Shown: positions 59,013-64,000 of the stretch, one piece after another
Numbering within the stretch: the first letter of the stretch is position 1
Layout of the letters: each line of letters begins with the position of its first letter
Translations under genes and position numbers: made by a program
Assembly (NCBI GenBank): GCA_964490075.1
Contig: CAZBBK010000008.1
Location: forward strand, 1-64,000
DNA: 64,000 nt
Source of the DNA: an uncultured Gemmatimonadota bacterium
Lineage (GTDB): Bacteria; GCA-2686955
Direction of reading: 5' to 3'
Notes under the pieces: generated by a model
What the model saw: only the letters and a program-made list of their open reading frames with translations
Told to the model about the DNA's origin: nothing
Database searches by the model: none

Positions 59013-59450
59013 ATGCCAAGCTTCGTACGTCCGGACAAGTGCGACGGATGCAAGGCGCTCGATAAGACCGCCTGCCAGCACATCTGCCCGAATGACCTGA
59101 TGGTGCTCGACAAGGACTCGATGAAGGCGTTCAACCAAGATCCTTCTCAGTGCTGGGAGTGCTACAGCTGCGTGAAGATCTGCCCGCAGGACGCCGTCGA
59201 CGTGCGCGGGTACGCGGACTTCGTTCCGATGGGGGCGTCCGTGGTTCCGATGCGTTCCACCGACTCCATCATGTGGACACTGAAGTTCCGCAACGGGACC
59301 ATCAAGCGGTTCAAGTTCCCGATCCGCTCCACCCCGGAGGGCTCGGCGGAGCCTTCGGGCGGTTGGTCGAGCCCCGCCGATCTCGACAGCCCCACCCTCT
59401 TCTCCGAGCCCGAATCGCTGGGGCTCGACGAAGTGTGGACCAAGAACTAA
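59013..59450 (+). CDS. aprB: APS reductase beta subunit
   Basis: MPSFV..DKCDGCK..DKTACQHICPNDLM, CWECYSCVKICP, RGYADFVP, KRFKFPIR. Confidence 0.98.
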   Translation: MPSFVRPDKCDGCKALDKTACQHICPNDLMVLDKDSMKAFNQDPSQCWECYSCVKICPQDAVDVRGYADFVPMGASVVPMRSTDSIMWTLKFRNGTIKRFKFPIRSTPEGSAEPSGGWSSPADLDSPTLFSEPESLGLDEVWTKN

Positions 59451-59468
59451 GGACAGGAGGGGATTTAG

Positions 59469-61346
59469 ATGCCTAGCTTCACGACTGTCGAGGTAGAGAC
59501 CGATCTGCTCATCCTCGGAGGCGGGATGGCGTCCTGCGGTGCTGCCGTCGAAGCAGCCCACTGGGCGAAGCAAAACGACCTGAAGGTCACTCTGGTGGAC
59601 AAGGCCGCGATGGATCGCTCCGGCGCCGTCGCCATGGGCCTTTCGGCCATCAACCAGTACGTCGGTCTGAAGGACGGCGAGAACACCATGAAGGACTATG
59701 TGGACTACGTCCGCAACGACCTCATGGGTGTCTGCCGCGAGGATCTGGTCGCGAGTATCGCGCGCCATGTCGACTCATCGGTCCACCTCTTCGAGAAGTG
59801 GGGTCTGCCGATCTGGAAAGACAAAGACGGCGGATACGTTCACGAGGGTCGCTGGCAGCTGATGATCAACGGTGAGTCCTACAAGGTCATCGTTGCCGAA
59901 GCCGCCAAGAACGCGCTTGGAAATGACAATATCTACGAGCGCGTCTTCATTACCGAGCCACTCATGGATGGCGACCGTTGCGTAGGTGCCGTCGGTTTCT
60001 CGGTGCGCGAAAACAAGTTCTATGTGTTCAAGGCGCGCGCGACGCTGGCGGCCATGGGCGGAGCGGTCGGCGTATTCCGTCCGCGCTCCCAGGGTGAGGG
60101 TGCGGGTCGCGCATGGTACCCGCCTTTCAACTCCGGCGCTTCGGCCTACTTCACGATCCAAGCTGGCGCGGAAATGACCTGCCAGGAAGTGCGTTTCATT
60201 CCGGTGCGCTTCAAGGACGCTTACGGGCCCGTGGGCGCGTGGTTCCTGCTCTTCAAGTCGACTGCTACCAACGCGCTCGGCGAGGTGTACATGCAGACCC
60301 GCCGTCCGGAGCTCGAGAACTGGCAGCCCTACGGCAAGGTCAAGCCGGTCCCGGCGAACCTGCGCAACTATCTCATGATGCTCGATGTGTTGGAAGGCAA
60401 GGGCCCGATCTACATGCAGACGGCCGACGCCATCAAGCGCATCGCGGAGAGCGAGGACGATCCCAAGAAGGCCAAGAAGAAGCTCAAGGAGCTCGAGGCC
60501 GAGGCATGGGAGGATTTCCTCGACATGACGATCTCGCAGGCCATCCTCTGGGCCGCGACCAACATCCAGCCCGAGGTGTCGCCCTCCGAGATCGCCGCCG
60601 CCGAGCCGTACTTCATCGGCTCGCACTCCGGCGCTTCGGGTGCCTGGGTGAGCGGTCCGAAGGACCTCGCGCCGCCCGAGTACTTCTGGGGCTACGAGAA
60701 CATGACGACGATTACCGGCCTGTTCGCGGCGGGTGACGCGTCGGGCGCCTCGTCTCACAAGTTCTCGTCCGGTTCCCACGCCGAGGGACGCATCGCCGGC
60801 AAAGCGGCGATTCGCTTCCTCGTCAACGAGAACCCGGATCTCGGCAACGTCTCGGCCGATCAGATCGAGGGCCTGAAGGCTCGTGCGATCAAGCCGATGG
60901 TCGTCTACGAGGAAAACAAGGACAAGACCACCCAGACCGACGTCAATCCTCACTACATCCTGGCCAAGAGCTACATGCAGCGTCTGCAGAAGCTCATGGA
61001 CGAGTATGCCGGAGGCGTCGTCGCGCAGTTCTGCACCTCCGAGAAGAACCTCGAGAAGGCGCTCGAGCTGCTGACCTTCCTGAAGGAGGACTCGGAGAAC
61101 CTGGCCGCCAAGGATCTTCACGAGCTGATGCGGTGCTGGGAAAACGTCCACAGGACCTACCAGGGCGAAGCCCACGTTCGGGCGATGTTGTTCCGCGAAG
61201 AGACCCGCTGGCCGGGCTACTACTTCCGGTCCGACACTCCGAAGATGGACAACGAGAACTGGAATGTCTTCGTCAACTGCACCTTCGATGCAGAGACCAA
61301 CGAATGGAGCTTCAAGAAGGTGCCGATCCAGACCATTCTCTCGTAA
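59469..61346 (+). CDS. aprA: APS reductase alpha subunit
   Basis: RSGAVAMGLSAIN, WQLMINGESYK, RFKDAYGPVGAWFL, HKFSSGSHAEGR, REETRWPGYY. Confidence 0.98.
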   Translation: MPSFTTVEVETDLLILGGGMASCGAAVEAAHWAKQNDLKVTLVDKAAMDRSGAVAMGLSAINQYVGLKDGENTMKDYVDYVRNDLMGVCREDLVASIARHVDSSVHLFEKWGLPIWKDKDGGYVHEGRWQLMINGESYKVIVAEAAKNALGNDNIYERVFITEPLMDGDRCVGAVGFSVRENKFYVFKARATLAAMGGAVGVFRPRSQGEGAGRAWYPPFNSGASAYFTIQAGAEMTCQEVRFIPVRFKDAYGPVGAWFLLFKSTATNALGEVYMQTRRPELENWQPYGKVKPVPANLRNYLMMLDVLEGKGPIYMQTADAIKRIAESEDDPKKAKKKLKELEAEAWEDFLDMTISQAILWAATNIQPEVSPSEIAAAEPYFIGSHSGASGAWVSGPKDLAPPEYFWGYENMTTITGLFAAGDASGASSHKFSSGSHAEGRIAGKAAIRFLVNENPDLGNVSADQIEGLKARAIKPMVVYEENKDKTTQTDVNPHYILAKSYMQRLQKLMDEYAGGVVAQFCTSEKNLEKALELLTFLKEDSENLAAKDLHELMRCWENVHRTYQGEAHVRAMLFREETRWPGYYFRSDTPKMDNENWNVFVNCTFDAETNEWSFKKVPIQTILS

Positions 61347-61411
61347 TCACCCGAACGGTGGTACAGGTGGCCTGCTGATCCAACAGGCCTCGGCCTGAGA
61401 TACCGCCAGAG

Positions 61412-61450
61412 GCCCCAGACGCCGTTCGGGCGTCTGGGGCTTTCGAGTTT
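61412..61450 (+). terminator. Hairpin/intrinsic terminator after aprA
   Basis: GCCCCAGACGCC-GTTCG-GGCGTCTGGGGC perfect 12-bp stem followed by TTTCGAGTTT. Confidence 0.75.
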
Positions 61451-61454
61451 TGAA

Positions 61455-61730
61455 ATGACCGACAAGAGCCCATCATATAGCTGTCCCCATTGCGCCTCGA
61501 GCCTGTACTCCGTCGTGCTCCCGGAGGGAACGGGATGGGAGACGGGAGCTCAGTGGGTCTGCTTCAACGACGAGTGCAGCTACTTTCAGGAAGGGTGGGA
61601 CTGGATGTGGGAGAACTACCGAGCCAAGGCCTCCTATCGGTATCGGATCATCAATCCGCAGACCGGCTCGGCTTCCCCGCTTCCCGTCTGGTCCACCGAT
61701 GCCCTTCGCAATTTCATAGTCGAACAGTAA
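61455..61730 (+). CDS. Small Cys/Trp-rich putative zinc-finger protein
   Basis: CPHC...CFNDEC ligands; GWDWMWENY...SYRYR...PLPVWS. Confidence 0.7.
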   Translation: MTDKSPSYSCPHCASSLYSVVLPEGTGWETGAQWVCFNDECSYFQEGWDWMWENYRAKASYRYRIINPQTGSASPLPVWSTDALRNFIVEQ

Positions 61731-61784
61731 ACGGACGGTTCGCGCCGAGCGACGGGTGGAGAACCGCCAGGATTGAGAAGATCC

Positions 61785-62585
61785 GTGAACAACCGACCCG
61801 ACAATCCGAAGAGCCCTTTGCCCCAGAGTTTGGAGGGGCGGCGCCAGCTCGAAGCACAAGACGACTTCTGCTTCGGGTGCCATGAGAAGCTGGATTGCTT
61901 CAAGCGCTGCTGCTCCGATGTCAACATCTTCCTGACTCCGCTCGATGTCCTGCGGCTGGCGCGAAGGTCGGAGATGTCGACGACGGACTTCCTCGACCGA
62001 CACACACTGACGCCCATTAGCAAGGACCTTCAGCTTCCGGTCGTGGTTCTGCGCATGATCGACGAGCAAGGAACGGCCTGTCCCTTCCTCGGCGACGAGG
62101 GTTGCACGGTGTACGAAGACCGCCCCTGGTCTTGTCGCATGTACCCTGTTGGGCTGGCGCTGCCGCCGGCGCGCGCCGGACTCGATCCCGAACCGATGTA
62201 CTTCCTCTTCGAAGACAGTCACTGCGACGGCGGAACACAGCCCCAGAAATGGACGGTCGAAAGCTGGACCGAGAACCAGGGGATTCCGGAGCGGGAACGG
62301 ATCGAGGAGGGCTTCCGTAAGCTCGTCTCGCATCCGTGGTTCATCGGTGGCAGACAGCTCGATCCTCGGCGCATGCAGATGTTCCACATGGCGTGCTACG
62401 ACCTGGATGGCTTTCGCAGATTCGTATTCGACAGCACTTTCCTCGAGAGATTCGAGCTGGACCAAGCGCTCGTATCACAGCTTCGAGACGACGACGAGGC
62501 GTTGCTGCGCTTCGCTTTCCGCTGGCTTCGATACGCACTTTTCGCTGAACCCACAATGAACCCGCACAAGAACGCGGAAACCTAG
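61785..62585 (+). CDS. YkgJ-family cysteine-cluster (CxxCxxCC-like) protein
   Basis: FGCHEKLDCFKRCC, LTPLDVLRL, CPFLGDEGCTVYEDRPWSCRMYP. Confidence 0.85.
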   Translation: MNNRPDNPKSPLPQSLEGRRQLEAQDDFCFGCHEKLDCFKRCCSDVNIFLTPLDVLRLARRSEMSTTDFLDRHTLTPISKDLQLPVVVLRMIDEQGTACPFLGDEGCTVYEDRPWSCRMYPVGLALPPARAGLDPEPMYFLFEDSHCDGGTQPQKWTVESWTENQGIPERERIEEGFRKLVSHPWFIGGRQLDPRRMQMFHMACYDLDGFRRFVFDSTFLERFELDQALVSQLRDDDEALLRFAFRWLRYALFAEPTMNPHKNAET

Positions 62586-62649
62586 CATTCGCCCATCCCC
62601 GAGCGCTGCTTTCGAGAAGCTCACGGGGACCCGGCGAAGGGAGATTGCC

Positions 62650-63906
62650 GTGACCACACCGGCATCACGACCCATCCTGACGATCGGAGCAGGGATCGCT
62701 GGCGTGACCACTGCTCTCGAGGCCGCAGAAGCAGGGCACGATGTGATTCTGGTCGAACGCGAGCCGGCGATCGGCGGGCGGGTCGTCAGGAACCACCAGT
62801 ACTTCCCAAAGCTCTGTCCCCCGCTCTGCGGGATGGAGATCAACACCGGTCGTCTGGATCGCAACGAGCGCATCCGGCTGCTGACGAGCAGCGAGGTGAC
62901 CAGTGCCGAGCGCATTGATGAAGGCTGGACGGTCGAGATCCGGCAGGCGCCGGAGCATGTGAATGGCCGTTGCACGGCATGCGGAGATTGCACCAAAGTT
63001 TGTCCGGCCACCACTCCCGATCGCTTCAACTACGCGATGAGCGAAGGACCGGCGATTCGACCTCTCCACACCGAGGCCTATCCGGCTCGCTACACGCTCG
63101 ATAGAGCCGCATGCCCGGCGGATTGCCGTGCCTGTGTCGATGCCTGCAAGTACGACGCCATCGACCTCGAAGCGCAGCCGACGGACCAGACGATCGACGT
63201 CGGTGCCGTTGTCTTGGCGACGGGATGGGATCCCTATCCACTGGAGAAGCTGAGCGAGTTGGGTGGCGGCGAGCTGGCGGACGTGATCGCCAATGTGCAC
63301 CTGGAGAGAATGGTTGCGACCTCGGGACCGTCGGAGGGGAAGATCCTGCGTCCGTCGAACGGAGAGCCCCCCAAGCGAGTGGCGTTCGTCCAATGCGCCG
63401 GCTCCCGCGACACCAACCACCTGCCCTACTGCTCCGCGGTCTGTTGTCTCGCCTCGTACAAGCAGGCGACCTACGTGCGCGACCAGCTCCCCGATGCGGA
63501 GGTGGCGATCTACTACATCGATCGCCGCGCCCCGGGCAGAAACGAGGAGATGCTGAAGCAGGCGGAGGAACTGGAAAGCGTCGATCTGGTCAAAGGCAAA
63601 GTGGGAAGGATCGAGGCCGGCGACGGAGGTGTGCTGAAGCTGCGCGTGGAGGACATCGACTCCGGCCGGCTGCTGGAAGCGGAGGCCGATCTGGTGGTTT
63701 TGGCTACCGGCATGGTGCCGCGCGTCGACCAGGACGGAGCGCCCTTCGGCGCTCAGCTGGATGACTACGGCTTCGGACTGGATGACAAGGACGCCAAGGT
63801 CTTCGTGGCGGGGGTCTCGCGCAGACCCGAAGATGTCGCCGCCTCGGTGCGGAACGCAACAGGCACGGCCGCGAAGGCGATCGTTGCAGCGTTGAGGAGT
63901 GCATGA
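62650..63906 (+). CDS. qmoA: QmoA (HdrA-like flavoprotein)
   Basis: GAGIAG.T.ALEAAEAG, YFPKLCPPLCG, FVQCAGSRD..HLPYCSAVCC; downstream of aprBA. Confidence 0.92.
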   Translation: MTTPASRPILTIGAGIAGVTTALEAAEAGHDVILVEREPAIGGRVVRNHQYFPKLCPPLCGMEINTGRLDRNERIRLLTSSEVTSAERIDEGWTVEIRQAPEHVNGRCTACGDCTKVCPATTPDRFNYAMSEGPAIRPLHTEAYPARYTLDRAACPADCRACVDACKYDAIDLEAQPTDQTIDVGAVVLATGWDPYPLEKLSELGGGELADVIANVHLERMVATSGPSEGKILRPSNGEPPKRVAFVQCAGSRDTNHLPYCSAVCCLASYKQATYVRDQLPDAEVAIYYIDRRAPGRNEEMLKQAEELESVDLVKGKVGRIEAGDGGVLKLRVEDIDSGRLLEAEADLVVLATGMVPRVDQDGAPFGAQLDDYGFGLDDKDAKVFVAGVSRRPEDVAASVRNATGTAAKAIVAALRSA

Positions 63907-64000
63907 TGGAAAACGTCGGTGCATTCGTTTGCACGGGATGCGATATCGGTGAGGCGATCGACGTCGCGGAGCTCGAGGAGATCTGTGACGACGGCGGTGC
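63903..64000 (+). CDS. qmoB: QmoB N-terminus (truncated by the window edge)
   Basis: MMENVGAFVCTGCDIGEAIDV; ATG overlaps the qmoA stop. Confidence 0.75.
   Translation, partial: MMENVGAFVCTGCDIGEAIDVAELEEICDDGG

Noticed and set aside
1-64000. CRISPR array, tRNA/rRNA, transposase, integrase, prophage, sat, dsrEFH
   Set aside because: None recognised in this window; sat and qmoC may lie beyond the right edge.

Overview
High-GC bacterial window with two parts. About 1-40 kb is an accessory/envelope region: secreted proteins (several with FlgD-Ig/PNPFNP C-terminal domains typical of FCB-group-like lineages), a compact cobalamin riboswitch heading a TonB-receptor/beta-propeller uptake operon, a Phd-RelE toxin-antitoxin cassette flanked by a 63-bp duplicated gene tail, a decayed MNT-HEPN pair, a GH50-like remnant fused to a beta-helix protein, alkaline phosphatase, a tandem double UvrA, scattered polysaccharide genes and a FapA/degenerate GGDEF/REC-REC-HisKA group. 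About 40.8-64 kb is a dissimilatory sulfur cluster. On the minus strand: dsrA-B-D-L-N-(DVU0298-like)-(TPR)-C-T-M-K-J-O-P-cysG-(CoADR-rhodanese). On the plus strand: lysR-aprB-aprA-(Zn-finger)-(YkgJ)-qmoA-qmoB (cut by the window edge). The most notable observation is a 43-bp ungapped promoter motif (T-N11-A box, second box, then TTGAC) shared by the dsrA and aprB upstream regions, which flank the LysR gene. This suggests that one LysR regulator switches both halves of the pathway. All calls come from reading motifs by eye; no database searches were run, and start codons are best estimates.
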